Source: Oligoflexales bacterium (lineage in GTDB: Bacteria; Myxococcota_A; UBA9042; DTJE01). From it: a stretch of DNA of 64,000 nt. A model generated the notes under the pieces. It was not told where the DNA came from and searched no databases. It saw nothing but the letters and a program-made list of their open reading frames with translations. Shown in pieces: positions 29,497 through 39,856 of this stretch; position 1 is the stretch's first letter; each line of letters begins with the position of its first letter. The position numbers and the translations under genes are program-made. The DNA is taken from positions 2,059 through 66,058 of the forward strand of contig DUVQ01000098.1 of NCBI GenBank assembly GCA_012840965.1. The letters are read 5' to 3'.

Positions 29497-30735
29497 ATGC
29501 GAGCGATTAGCCTGTCATTTTCGGTCATTTTGTTTTCAACGGTTGCATTTGCCTCAACTCCTGCCGTTTTGGTTATAGATGAACAGATCCCTTTTCAGGA
29601 ACTTCAGGCATTAATTGCAAATATTCCCGAGTCCTACGAAGTGATATCGCCCGAGAATCTGTCGATTCATCTAAAAAACCGTTGGACTGCGACTAGTGAA
29701 TGCAGTGTTGATGATGAAACAAAGGCCTTAATACATAAAGCCTACACCACTGGTTATAAGTGTTTTTATGAAAAAACGGATCTGCGTTGTGCGGCAAAGC
29801 AGTATCAGATAGTTCTTAATGAGCTTGAACAACAACCCTACATTTTGCATGCAGATTCCAACCAAAGACTGAAGCTTGTGGAAGCCTTACTTATGTGGCT
29901 ACACGTGTCGATGAACTACAAAAAATTGGGCCATCCAAGGGATCTGGCAAAAAGGATTGGACATTTGTTTGGACCCGACGAGATTGCAAAAGCAGACGTT
30001 CCACCAATGGCCAAAACTCTGCTAGAAGAGGTCAGGTCTGAAGTTCAGTGGGGTTATCCAACAGTTAACTTGACTGCGATTGGCTTGGAGGCTGATGACT
30101 TACTGACCTTGGTTGTTGGTGACGCCGTAGTTGGCGAGTTTAAAGGGACACTGTCGTTTTTGGCAAGTCCTGGAGAACACATTTTAACTGTTATTTCCAA
30201 GCGTTATGGCTCCTTTGAAAAACGTGTAACTGTAAATCAAGACACTGATTTAGCCATAGATCTGAATTTATCTAAAAACTTCAAATTCCACGAAACGTTG
30301 CCTGCGTTACTGGTAGAAGATCAAAAAGTGCTTCAGGCGTTACAACATCAAGAAGATATTGCAGTTATTTCAATATCGGAATTGATCAAAGATGCTCAAA
30401 GTAAGGCAGTTACTGTAGACACGGTTCGCACCAAGCTAGACAACCAATCAATAGGCTCGATCACAACTGGCTTGTGTTCTGCCGGTTTCCTTGCCGCTGG
30501 CATAGCTTTAAATGTACAGGCAAACCAAAGTGTGCAGGCAATTAACACTGGGACCAATCGACTTGATTTGCACAAAAGGCAAAAGGCAGGATCCATCGCC
30601 TGCTACACCCTAGGTGGGGCCGCTGGATTGACCGCCATCTTGTTGGCCGTGATAAAACCGGCTAAAAAAGCGCCTGCAGCAGCAGTGTTACCTTTAGAAC
30701 AAGGAGCCGCAATAAGTGCGACTTTTAGCTTTTAA
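29497..30735 (+). CDS. secreted hypothetical protein with C-terminal hydrophobic segment
   Basis: Signal peptide MRAISLSFSVILFSTVAFA, RBS GAGGTG upstream, ends ...SATFSF. Confidence 0.5.
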   Translation: MRAISLSFSVILFSTVAFASTPAVLVIDEQIPFQELQALIANIPESYEVISPENLSIHLKNRWTATSECSVDDETKALIHKAYTTGYKCFYEKTDLRCAAKQYQIVLNELEQQPYILHADSNQRLKLVEALLMWLHVSMNYKKLGHPRDLAKRIGHLFGPDEIAKADVPPMAKTLLEEVRSEVQWGYPTVNLTAIGLEADDLLTLVVGDAVVGEFKGTLSFLASPGEHILTVISKRYGSFEKRVTVNQDTDLAIDLNLSKNFKFHETLPALLVEDQKVLQALQHQEDIAVISISELIKDAQSKAVTVDTVRTKLDNQSIGSITTGLCSAGFLAAGIALNVQANQSVQAINTGTNRLDLHKRQKAGSIACYTLGGAAGLTAILLAVIKPAKKAPAAAVLPLEQGAAISATFSF

Positions 30736-30956
30736 AAAATTGAACAGGATTTGTTGCCCATTATAAGGGTGACTAAAAGGAGCCCAGCCGCAATAACCAA
30801 AAGCCACTTGATAGTTTTGCTAGGCTTGCCCCCCTCGTCTTGGGATTCTACTTCTCGACGAATTTCGGCCAAACGAAGCATCAATTCGGCCATTTGAACC
30901 TGTGAAAGTTCAGGTTTTTCTTCATCAACAGTACTGTTGTTTGGCTTTTCTTCCAT
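30732..30956 (-). CDS. small membrane protein (C-terminal TM)
   Basis: Start moved to the internal Met (MEEKPNNSTV...) so it no longer overlaps recO. TM KWLLVIAAGLLLVTLIM. Confidence 0.35.
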   Translation of the reverse strand: MEEKPNNSTVDEEKPELSQVQMAELMLRLAEIRREVESQDEGGKPSKTIKWLLVIAAGLLLVTLIMGNKSCSIF

Positions 30957-31045
30957 CGCACCCACTCCCGCCAGATTCTGCACCTTGAGTTGCAGTTTTT
31001 CAACGGTTGACCCACTATCATAGCGCCTTTTTGAGGTGCTGGCCG

Positions 31046-31720
31046 GTGGCTGAGAGTCAGGCAATTTTATTAGACAGGGTGCCTTATCGCGACAGGGACT
31101 TGATTCTGACCTTGCTGACCAAGGATTTCGGAGTAATTCACGCTATTGCCAGGGGCGCCAGAGGATCAACAAGGCGTTTTGCCGCAGCCCTTGATTTGTT
31201 CGTGGTCTCTACAGTTTCCTGGACGCAAGGTAAGTCTTCCTTGGTGACTCTGACCCAAGCCTCAGTCATAAAGCAGTTTCCAGGTATATTTGAATCTCTG
31301 CACAGGTTGGAAGTTGGTCAAATGGCCACGGTGCTGGTCAGAGACCTAACTTTTGAAGCGCCAGCTGGAGAGGCTATGTTTTTACATCTGTTGCAGACAT
31401 ATACAGCATTAGAAATTGCCGACGATAGTGATGCCCTTAATCACTTACTGCTCTTGGCGGTAAATCTGCTGGATGAGATAGGCCACTTTGGGCGCAATTG
31501 CCCAAGGTGTGGGGCACAACTAGAGCCTCCTGGACTGCTTTTAATGGCTGATGGGACTGTTTTGTGTCGCACCTGTAGTTCATTTGCGGTTGGTGTCCCT
31601 GCAGACCAACTGTTTACCGACGATAAATCAAGTTTTGACCCGTCACACACCGCAAATTTGATAGCCACTTTGATGTCGGGGACTCTTGGAAGACCCTATC
31701 AACTACGAGGCCTTAGCTAA
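31046..31720 (+). CDS. recO: DNA repair protein RecO
   Basis: GTG-start product MAESQAILLDRVPYRDRDLILTLLTKDFGVIHAIARGAR... parallels the E. coli RecO N-terminus. C-terminal zinc-finger-like CPRCG...CRTC. Confidence 0.75.
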   Translation: MAESQAILLDRVPYRDRDLILTLLTKDFGVIHAIARGARGSTRRFAAALDLFVVSTVSWTQGKSSLVTLTQASVIKQFPGIFESLHRLEVGQMATVLVRDLTFEAPAGEAMFLHLLQTYTALEIADDSDALNHLLLLAVNLLDEIGHFGRNCPRCGAQLEPPGLLLMADGTVLCRTCSSFAVGVPADQLFTDDKSSFDPSHTANLIATLMSGTLGRPYQLRGLS

Positions 31721-33214
31721 TCTGCGGACCCAAATAATCAGGGTTGCAAACAAAAACAACACGAAGGGGCTAGCCATAGTGGGCCCGCTATTACAGCCAG
31801 CAGATTTTTTGGCTTTGACACAATCCTCTTCATCTGTCTGACCGTCGCAGTCGTTGTCAATGCCGTCGTCACAGATTTCAGGTTCTGGAGTCCCAGGTTT
31901 TGCCTCACAAATCACAGATGAGCCGTCATCAGAACACCTGGTTTTTCCAAAGGCCCTACAGGCACCTTCGCCTATTGAGCATTCAACTCCAACTTCGAAG
32001 CCTTCATCGACTTGGCCATCACAGTCATTGTCTATACCGTCACAGATCTCTTCAGAAGGTTCAATTACTTGGGCTAGGCAAATCTGACCAAGCTCCTTGT
32101 CACATGCGAAAACCCCGATTTGAGCGCATGCCCCAAGCCCTTCCACGCATGCTTCGCCAACGTTAAATCCCTCGTCAGTTTCACCGTCACAGTCATTATC
32201 GATACCATCACAGATCTCTTCAGAATCTTTGGCGTCAGGCCCGTCAGGCATTGTTGAGCACGTAGCGCCAGTTCCATCCACCTTACACGTTACAACGCCT
32301 TTTCCGCAGTTACCTAGCGAAACGCAGCCGGCACCAAGGGCGAGCCCCTCAAAGGTGTGGTTATCGTCGACAATGCCGTTACAGTCGTTATCGATCCCAT
32401 CACAGGTGACCTCAACCTCTTCGTAGCCTTCAGGATAAGGACAAATCCAACCGGCAGCCCCTTGGCAAGTTGGGACAGTGCCGGCGCAGATCCCCTTGTC
32501 AAGGCATGAGATGGTTGGTTCAACATCTTCATCGGTCAGCCCATTGCAATTGTCGTCAATACCGTTGCAATACTCCGGCATGCCTGGCCCAATTTTGGGG
32601 TTGTAATCGTCGCAATCGCCTTCGTCTTCCGCCCAACCATCGTTGTCATTGTCGCAGTAATTATTGGCCTCACCTGGAGTGCCAAAATTCCTGTCTTCTC
32701 CGTAAGTCTTGCGAGCAAGGCACCAACCCTTGGGAATTCCATCGATGTATGGCTCAAGCGAGATTGACTTTCCCACTTCCACTGAAATCAAATCCGGCCC
32801 ATAGGAAACTAAATCAACAACAGTGCCATCCAGCTTTAGCTGAATCTCATCAGATTCGCGGCCCAGCAAGATGTCGTCTTCATACACATAATCAAGCTTA
32901 ATACCGCCATTTTGCTTGAAATCGTCCAGCTGTCCCAGGACGACTATGCCACCTGGCTCCAGTATCAGTTCTTTTCTGGCGCTGATGGGGTGAAACCCAC
33001 CAGATGCAGTTGTCAACACCATGCCCTGCAGGTTTACAGGTTCTTCGTTAAAGTTCGAAAGCTCAATCCACTGGCCGGCTTCGGGTGATATCCCATCTGG
33101 CAGGACCATGAATTCAGTAATAACAACACGTGGCCAGGGGCTCGGGTCAGGCGACTTAGCCCACCCCAAAAGAGGCAATAAAAGGACTGCGATGGTAAAA
33201 ATTAACCGCGTCAT
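31703..33214 (-). CDS. secreted protein: lamin-tail domain + MopE-type CDGIDNDCDG repeats + MYXO-CTERM-like tail
   Basis: Signal peptide. LTD ...ITEFMVLPDG...GQWIELSNF.... At least four copies of C(D)DGIDNDC(D/N)G...DE. C-terminus ...GCNSGPTMASPFVLFLFATLIIWVRRLAKAS. Confidence 0.7.
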   Translation of the reverse strand: MTRLIFTIAVLLLPLLGWAKSPDPSPWPRVVITEFMVLPDGISPEAGQWIELSNFNEEPVNLQGMVLTTASGGFHPISARKELILEPGGIVVLGQLDDFKQNGGIKLDYVYEDDILLGRESDEIQLKLDGTVVDLVSYGPDLISVEVGKSISLEPYIDGIPKGWCLARKTYGEDRNFGTPGEANNYCDNDNDGWAEDEGDCDDYNPKIGPGMPEYCNGIDDNCNGLTDEDVEPTISCLDKGICAGTVPTCQGAAGWICPYPEGYEEVEVTCDGIDNDCNGIVDDNHTFEGLALGAGCVSLGNCGKGVVTCKVDGTGATCSTMPDGPDAKDSEEICDGIDNDCDGETDEGFNVGEACVEGLGACAQIGVFACDKELGQICLAQVIEPSEEICDGIDNDCDGQVDEGFEVGVECSIGEGACRAFGKTRCSDDGSSVICEAKPGTPEPEICDDGIDNDCDGQTDEEDCVKAKKSAGCNSGPTMASPFVLFLFATLIIWVRRLAKAS

Positions 33215-33410
33215 CCGCTGATCCTACAGGATTAGTCTTAAAATGAGCAAGGATTTGCATTGGGTCATCAACTACGGCTGGCTTAAGCACGATCTACGGC
33301 CGACTCGCGATTATGACTGTGAATTTGGGCCCACTCAGATTGACATATCTTGGCTTGTAACTTAGGATTCCGCCGCCTTTCGGAAGTTTGGCCGCTTTTT
33401 GGGACGCCAA

Positions 33411-35132
33411 GTGAAGCTGTCTTATAAAAAATTAATATCTACCGGATTAAATCTGGTTACTGCACTGGCCATTTTGGGTTTTTCACCAAAAGTCATGGCT
33501 GAATCACAGGCCCCAAGCTGGGGGGATACCGACATCAGGATTTTGCCCCTCGTGACCTTGGAAAATCATGGCTCATTCAGGTTGAGGTTTAACCTGTTTT
33601 CCAACATGGACCTGGGGCTTGGTGCCGATCCTACGTTGAATCCCACATGTGCGCCCGCAACATCTCCTGGGGTTTCAGCTCAAGGTTCGTTAGGTAACGT
33701 CAAGGAAACAGCCACTTTTGCCAATATGCGCCTGCGCTACGAGCCAACTCTGCGTATAGGCGAGATTGTGGCGGTCCACGCCACAATGGACTTCTTAGAC
33801 AACGTTATTCTTGGAGACGCCCCAGTCAGACATAGTGTTGCCGCCCCAATGAGCGTGTATGCCAAAAGCGCCTTTCCACCAGCAGCCGGTTTTTCTGGCT
33901 TGCGTGATTCAGTCCGCATCAAGGCGGCTTGGGCTGAGTTTACCCTCTTTGATTTGATCATTTTAAGAGGTGGGCGGATCCCCTATAAGTTTGGTTTGGG
34001 GATGGTTCGAAGCGATGGCCGTTCGCCAGATTCCGACTTTGGGGACTATGTTGATGGCGCTTTTGGAAAAATCAAGGTCGGCATTACATACCTGTTCGCA
34101 GGCATGGAATTTCCAGGCGAAGGGGTTGTTTCTGACGGCCCATACGGCTATTTCACGCGACCTTATGACTTAGACCAGTCGGACGATATCACTCGTTGGG
34201 TGCTTGGGGTTGATTCAACTCCTGAAACTAGGGCCGAAAAGGCAAAGGCGGCAAAGGCCCTCGAAGAAGGCAAACCTGTAGTTGACTGGGGCATGTACAA
34301 CGCAATCACCCAGCAAAAGATATCCTCAGAGCGAGTTGTTGGAGCAACAGGTGGCCAGGCCAACGAGCCTGACTTGATGGATGTCGGATACGATGACTAC
34401 ACCTTGGTGCCTAGAGATGCCTTTTTTTGGACCCCTAGTCTGTGGACCAGGGTTTTGTATCGACCAAAGTCTGATCTTACGTTAAGGGTGGAGTTTGAGA
34501 CGGCCATGACCTATGGATGGGTTACCCATGTTCAAAGTAACCGGGATGACCCCAGGTCTAAAAAAAGCTTCCTTTCCGCCGGTGCCGCACTGGAAGTCGT
34601 GTTGGACGTTGGATTTAACAAAATCGAACTGCTCAGTGGTGTGGCCAGTGGTGGAAACACCCTTGGCTCTTGGGGTATTTTGGACCGCCACACGATTTCC
34701 ACACCAAATCAGCCATGTTACTCCCTGGACCAGTCCGAGGTTTTCAGGACTCGGAAAGTACATCATTTCGTCTTCAACCGGGACTATCGTCTTGACTCCA
34801 TTTTATTCAGGGAAGTCATAGGCTCGGTGACCAACGCCTTTTATTTCAAGCCGGCTTATGACCGCGTTTTCTTTAAGCAAAATGGCTGGGAAGTTGGCGG
34901 TGGTGCCAGTCTGTTGATGGCATTTGCAACTATCCCAGAAGGCACCCCTGGTAACAGCAGGACCTTAGGATTTGAGCCAGCCCTTGACCTGTGGGCAAAG
35001 TGGGGACAAAACTTTACCCTTAGGGCCGATGGGGCGTTGCTTGTTCCGATGGATGGCCTCGACCGAGCGTCCACAGGGCAAGACGCCTCTTTGGCGGGTG
35101 CGTTACGAATCAGAGCTCAGGTTAGTTTCTAA
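33411..35132 (+). CDS. putative outer-membrane beta-barrel protein
   Basis: GTG start gives signal peptide MKLSYKKLISTGLNLVTALAILGFSPKVMA. Alternating amphipathic strands and a terminal aromatic (...RAQVSF). Confidence 0.5.
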   Translation: MKLSYKKLISTGLNLVTALAILGFSPKVMAESQAPSWGDTDIRILPLVTLENHGSFRLRFNLFSNMDLGLGADPTLNPTCAPATSPGVSAQGSLGNVKETATFANMRLRYEPTLRIGEIVAVHATMDFLDNVILGDAPVRHSVAAPMSVYAKSAFPPAAGFSGLRDSVRIKAAWAEFTLFDLIILRGGRIPYKFGLGMVRSDGRSPDSDFGDYVDGAFGKIKVGITYLFAGMEFPGEGVVSDGPYGYFTRPYDLDQSDDITRWVLGVDSTPETRAEKAKAAKALEEGKPVVDWGMYNAITQQKISSERVVGATGGQANEPDLMDVGYDDYTLVPRDAFFWTPSLWTRVLYRPKSDLTLRVEFETAMTYGWVTHVQSNRDDPRSKKSFLSAGAALEVVLDVGFNKIELLSGVASGGNTLGSWGILDRHTISTPNQPCYSLDQSEVFRTRKVHHFVFNRDYRLDSILFREVIGSVTNAFYFKPAYDRVFFKQNGWEVGGGASLLMAFATIPEGTPGNSRTLGFEPALDLWAKWGQNFTLRADGALLVPMDGLDRASTGQDASLAGALRIRAQVSF

Positions 35133-36475
35133 TAGGACTTCGTAGCTTCATCACCACGAATCAAGGTAGATTTTAAGCGGGCGGTAGCCTTCGCCACTGA
35201 TACCGAGAAGTCGCTCATTAGATCGGCGTCCAGGCTTGGTCCCTTGACCTGCAAAAGGGTGCGGGGATGGACAAAGCTACCGTTCTTGGCAACAGCGAAA
35301 TGAAGGTGCGGGCCAGTTGAGCGGCCGGTGGAGCCAACTTCTCCGATAAAGGAGCGGCGGCTAACTTCTGAGCCAACCTTCAGACCCTTGGCAAACTTGG
35401 ACAGGTGTGCGTAGTAGCTTTGGAACCCGTCTTGGTGCTGGATAACAACTAAGTTCCCATTGGCACCTTTTTTGCCCGCGAAAATGACCTTACCGTCGCC
35501 GATAGCGTGGACGGGCGTCCCAATAGGTGCGGCGTAATCAATCGCTCGGTGGGGCGTATAGTTCTTTAAAATGGGGTGCTTACGACGATTAGTGTAGTTT
35601 GAAGACACCCGAGTGTACTTAAGCGGGCTTCGCAAGAACAAGCGTTCAACGCTGTTTCCACTTTGATCGTAGTACGAAACCTTGCCCATATCGTCTTGGT
35701 GGGGGAATGCGCTACCGGAGCCAAGTTTGCCTTCGTAGATGACACCGTGAACCAAACCGTACCGCAAGAAAGAGCCGCCAAGGCTTTCACGGTCGACAAT
35801 CATACGGATTACGTCACCCTTACGGACATCAGAATGGAAATCGACTTGGCCACCAAGCAAGTCAGAAATAATCGGTACCAATGAGACATCCGCGCCACAG
35901 CGAGAAATGCTGTCAAAAAGGGTGCCGCTCATCATGCAGGCCACTTCGACGGTTTCTTTGTCGGTTGGGATTTGTTTATAGGTGACGTTCCAAACGCCGT
36001 CTTCAGGGGCTATTTCAAGGTAGCGGATTCTATCAAGCGGGAACCTAAGATATGCAAGCTCGCCATCAGGAAGGACGCCAGCGATAAACTTTTGTCCAGC
36101 CTTCAAAGTGCGCATGTTTACTTCTGAGGCCAAAGCAGCCAAGGCATCAGCGGAGGCCGAGGGTTGCACCCCAATTCTAGCCAAAGCCTTGGCGGAGGTG
36201 TCCCCCCTGGCAAGGGTAGTCTCAACAGCTTCAGGATGCATAGTCTGTGGAGACCTTTGGGCTACAAGCGCCTCAAGTTTACCTTCTGGAAGCACTTCTA
36301 CCGGCTTAGCCAAGCGCTGATCCAGGGAAGGGGTCTCAACTGGGCCTGATTTAAAGAATACAAGATAGTTCACAACCACTATTGCAAGCACAAACAAGGC
36401 GCCGCCGAGAAGCCCAGAAGTGGGCTTTCTAGTCGGTTGTGAACCCCTTAAATACAAGGGCTTTCCTAATGGCAC
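35129..36475 (-). CDS. M23-family metallopeptidase with N-terminal TM anchor
   Basis: ...YAAPIGTPVHAIGDGKVIFAG...GNLVVIQHQDGFQSYYAHL...GSTGRSTGPHLHF.... Start placed at GTG (36475) preceded by GGAGG. The track ORF extended to 36667. Confidence 0.75.
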   Translation of the reverse strand: MPLGKPLYLRGSQPTRKPTSGLLGGALFVLAIVVVNYLVFFKSGPVETPSLDQRLAKPVEVLPEGKLEALVAQRSPQTMHPEAVETTLARGDTSAKALARIGVQPSASADALAALASEVNMRTLKAGQKFIAGVLPDGELAYLRFPLDRIRYLEIAPEDGVWNVTYKQIPTDKETVEVACMMSGTLFDSISRCGADVSLVPIISDLLGGQVDFHSDVRKGDVIRMIVDRESLGGSFLRYGLVHGVIYEGKLGSGSAFPHQDDMGKVSYYDQSGNSVERLFLRSPLKYTRVSSNYTNRRKHPILKNYTPHRAIDYAAPIGTPVHAIGDGKVIFAGKKGANGNLVVIQHQDGFQSYYAHLSKFAKGLKVGSEVSRRSFIGEVGSTGRSTGPHLHFAVAKNGSFVHPRTLLQVKGPSLDADLMSDFSVSVAKATARLKSTLIRGDEATKSY

Positions 36476-36716
36476 GTATCGCCTCCATTTTGGGTGCTCG
36501 CTTTGGGGACGGACACCCAGGAAGGGCCAAAACCTAGCATCGGTCAAGTGAAATGTCAATAGGTAAAGTCGTATAGTGAACGCAACCAAACGTATGACTG
36601 GCAAGGAATTTTTATTGCAAGTGCAAAATATGGGATAAAAGTACTTGAAACTCAACAATGGTTTCAATTAGAATTCCAGCGGCCTTTTGGCAGATCACTC
36701 CAGAGGAGATTCAAAA

Positions 36717-38429
36717 ATGCGTCTAAATGGTTTGTTAATCGCTTGCTTGTTTTTGGCAGGCTCGTTTGCCGCATGCGGCGGTGTCGACGTTGGAAATGCT
36801 TGTCTTGGCAACAACGACTGTGTTCCCGGGGAAGTATGTCGAGACTTGCAATGCACTGAGGTCAAGTGTTTGGGTGCTGGCGATTGTAATAATGCCAACG
36901 ATGAAATCTGCGTCCCAGGTGCCCTAGTAGGCAAGGACCCAGAGTTCAGATTCTGCACAGCCGCCCAGTGTAAGACAGATGGCTCTCTCAATTGTCCAGA
37001 AGGCTCAACTTGCAAGAACGGCTGGTGCGAGAGGGACCCGGGGACTGACATTGACGCAGTCGAGCCGGACAACGGTGACCGTCCAGATGATGGGGATACT
37101 GACCCGGGAGAAGAGCCTGACGTACCTCCAGTGGCCGAGGGTGGCGACTGTAAGTCCTGTGCAGGTGACGGCGATTGCAACGAAGGGTTCAAGTGCCTGC
37201 CTCTGGGTTCTGACGGCAAATACTGCCTGCGTCCTTGTGAAGATCACAAGGATTGTTTGTCCGGCTACCAGTGCTATCAGGCCTCAAGCGTTCTCAAGGC
37301 TTGCGTTCCAAACACTTACAACTGTGTAGCATGCGCCTTTGACGCGCCATGTGGCGAAGGCATGTGTTGCGACTTCACCAGTGGTGAGTGCAAGGAATGC
37401 CGTCAGGAGTGTGATCCATGCACCTATGACTACGACTGCGCTGGCAACATGCGCTGCTTCAAGAAAGCCGGTAATCCAACAGGAGCCTGTGTTGAGGAGT
37501 GTGAGAAGGACAATTGTTCTGACCCCGCCAATTTCACATGCCAACCCAACCACCTAGGTGTTAGGGTTTGCCAACCAAACGATGACAGTTGTGGCGGTTG
37601 CCCAGCTGGCACCTTCCCGTTGCCCGATGGAACTGGTTGCGTTGAGTGTCTAAACACCAGCCACTGCACAGGGGGCGCTTCTTGCGATTTAACAACTAAC
37701 ACATGTGTTGTCGGCGCGTGTGATGATAGGACTCCACACACTTGCAGCGATGGTGAATGTCATCAGTGCTGTGAGGATGCCCACTGTGCCGGCATTGGAA
37801 CTGGTGTGTGTAAGCCAACCTTCGAGTGTGAAGGGGCTGAGCTATGCGGCGGTACCTGTGCGCACCCGTATCCTATTTGTGCAATCGTTGACGGGACTGA
37901 AATGTGCGTCCAGTGCAAAACAGACGCTGACTGCCATAAGGTCGACGCGACATGCTATTGTACTCGTGAGCCCCTGTATGCGTGCAACTTCCCCGACCAA
38001 TCGATGTGTATGACCGAGGGTGGGGCTTGCATGCAAACCTGCAAAACCGACAATGACTGTCCGCCAAGCAGCGATGGTGGGGAGCTGTACTGCGATACTG
38101 TTGGTGAAATTTGCTATGATTCCAGTGGAAAATGTGATGGTATGTATTCTTGCTGCCCTGCGGGTGAGGTTTGCTTCGACCTTATGAGCCTTCTAATGGG
38201 TGGTGGCATGGGTGGTATGCCTGGCATGCCTGAAGAGATGGGTGTGTTATTTGGCCACTGTTCCTGTAATAAGGGGACCTGCCTGGGTGGTGGTACTTGT
38301 ACCCCCACTGCTATGGCATGTTTGATGCCAATGATTGGTGACATCATTTGCCCCGGTGGCTCTTTGGCTCCGAACGTGCCCCAAAATATCTGCTTTGACA
38401 TAATGGGCCTTTTGGGCGGCATTATCTAA
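36717..38429 (+). CDS. Cys-rich lipoprotein, paralog A (570 aa, about 80 Cys)
   Basis: ATG at 36717 is preceded by GGAGAT. Lipoprotein signal MRLNGLLIACLFLAGSFAAC. Dense ordered Cys pattern. C-terminal Met/Gly-rich tail. Confidence 0.75.
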   Translation: MRLNGLLIACLFLAGSFAACGGVDVGNACLGNNDCVPGEVCRDLQCTEVKCLGAGDCNNANDEICVPGALVGKDPEFRFCTAAQCKTDGSLNCPEGSTCKNGWCERDPGTDIDAVEPDNGDRPDDGDTDPGEEPDVPPVAEGGDCKSCAGDGDCNEGFKCLPLGSDGKYCLRPCEDHKDCLSGYQCYQASSVLKACVPNTYNCVACAFDAPCGEGMCCDFTSGECKECRQECDPCTYDYDCAGNMRCFKKAGNPTGACVEECEKDNCSDPANFTCQPNHLGVRVCQPNDDSCGGCPAGTFPLPDGTGCVECLNTSHCTGGASCDLTTNTCVVGACDDRTPHTCSDGECHQCCEDAHCAGIGTGVCKPTFECEGAELCGGTCAHPYPICAIVDGTEMCVQCKTDADCHKVDATCYCTREPLYACNFPDQSMCMTEGGACMQTCKTDNDCPPSSDGGELYCDTVGEICYDSSGKCDGMYSCCPAGEVCFDLMSLLMGGGMGGMPGMPEEMGVLFGHCSCNKGTCLGGGTCTPTAMACLMPMIGDIICPGGSLAPNVPQNICFDIMGLLGGII

Positions 38430-38661
38430 TACCTGACTCCCTCCTTTCATAAGACATCGCATAATTTCATTGAATGGGTAATTCTTGATGAGCTCGGTGC
38501 CAAGGTCTATTTGGCAGTGAGGGCCTTTTAGACAATCAACTGGATGCTGCCAAGCTTGATCTTTAAGATAAGGAACAAGTAGTTGAAAGATAAATGTGTT
38601 TTTAGGTAGAATTTACAATTCCAGTGGCCCTTTGGCAGTCTACTCCAAAGGAGATTCAAAA

Positions 38662-39789
38662 ATGCGTCGACGTGGCTTGTTAATCGTTTGCCTGTTCATG
38701 GCGGGCTCATTTGCAGCGTGCGGTGTTGACAAGAAAAACCAAGAAGTTCCCGTTGACACGGTTGAAACTGGCGATGGTTTCAGCTGTGATCCTGGGAAGG
38801 AGCCGGGGGAAGATTTGGAAGAAGAGCCCGGGGAAGCGCCTGGAGAGGATCCGGGACAAGAGCCTGAACAAGACCCGGGACAAGAGGCCAGCGAGCCGGC
38901 AAAGGTGCTGGAACGTGGTGACTGCAAATCATGTACAGGCGATGATGACTGCAATGAAGGCTTTAAGTGCCTATCTTTGGCCTCTGAAGACAAATACTGC
39001 CTGCGTCCTTGTGAAGAGCACAAGGATTGTTTGCCTGGCTACCAGTGCTTTCAGGCCTCAAGCGTTCTCAAGGCTTGTGTTCCAAACACTTACAACTGCG
39101 TACCATGCGCCTTTGATGCGCCATGTGACGAAGGCATGTGTTGCGACTTTGGCTCCGGCCAGTGTTGGGAATGTCGCCAGCAGTGTGATCGATGCATCTA
39201 TGACAGCAACTGTGCCGGCGACATGCGGTGCTTTAAAAAGGCTGGTAGTCCGGTTGGTGTTTGCGTTGAAGAATGCGAGAAGCAGGAATGTTCTGACACC
39301 ACCAATTTTACGTGCAGCCCCAGTTTCAACAATATTCAGGTGTGCCAGCCAAACGACGTCTATTGTGGCGGTTGCCCAGATGGTACCTTTCCGTTGCCTG
39401 ATGGAACTGGCTGCGTTGAGTGTCTTGACAGCAGCCATTGTGATGACGGTATTTGTGATTTGATTACTTATACTTGTGACTATTCCGAGTGTCCTTCCCA
39501 CCTACATATGTGCGATGACGGTCAATGTCACACGTGTTGTGAAGACGCTCATTGCGTGTGTGAGGGTGGTGGTACTGGCATTTGTAGGTCGAATTTCGAA
39601 TGTGAATGCTGCTCCACATGCGATGATAGTGACTGTAGAGACCCGTATCCTGTGTGCGCTAAGGTTGATGGGGTTGAGATGTGTGTTCAGTGCAAAGAGG
39701 ACGCTGACTGCCATCGCATCAATGAAGCCTGCATTTGTACCCCTGTGTACGCATGTGAGTTTTCCGATCATACGGCATGCACAAAATAG
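38662..39789 (+). CDS. Cys-rich lipoprotein, paralog B (375 aa)
   Basis: ATG at 38662 has the same leader and RBS as paralog A. Signal MRRRGLLIVCLFMAGSFAAC, acidic PGE/PGQ repeat, and a core about 330 aa long that is colinear with A. Confidence 0.75.
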   Translation: MRRRGLLIVCLFMAGSFAACGVDKKNQEVPVDTVETGDGFSCDPGKEPGEDLEEEPGEAPGEDPGQEPEQDPGQEASEPAKVLERGDCKSCTGDDDCNEGFKCLSLASEDKYCLRPCEEHKDCLPGYQCFQASSVLKACVPNTYNCVPCAFDAPCDEGMCCDFGSGQCWECRQQCDRCIYDSNCAGDMRCFKKAGSPVGVCVEECEKQECSDTTNFTCSPSFNNIQVCQPNDVYCGGCPDGTFPLPDGTGCVECLDSSHCDDGICDLITYTCDYSECPSHLHMCDDGQCHTCCEDAHCVCEGGGTGICRSNFECECCSTCDDSDCRDPYPVCAKVDGVEMCVQCKEDADCHRINEACICTPVYACEFSDHTACTK

Positions 39790-39856
39790 GCGACTCTTTT
39801 TAAAAAAAACAGCTGATTTGTGCTAAAACTCGCCTAGGCTTTTGGAGCGTGTAGTC

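Noticed and set aside
36640-36716. Sigma-54 promoter in the conserved lipoprotein leader (TGGCAG element)
   Set aside because: TGGCAG is present in both leaders, but no GC/TTGCA -12 element at the right spacing. More likely this is part of a conserved 5' UTR.
36695-39771. Numerous antisense and alternate-frame ORFs (80-250 aa) overlapping the Cys-rich lipoprotein genes
   Set aside because: The sense frames carry the ordered Cys pattern, signal peptides and RBSs. The others are low-complexity, lack starts with RBSs, and arise from GC-rich codon bias.
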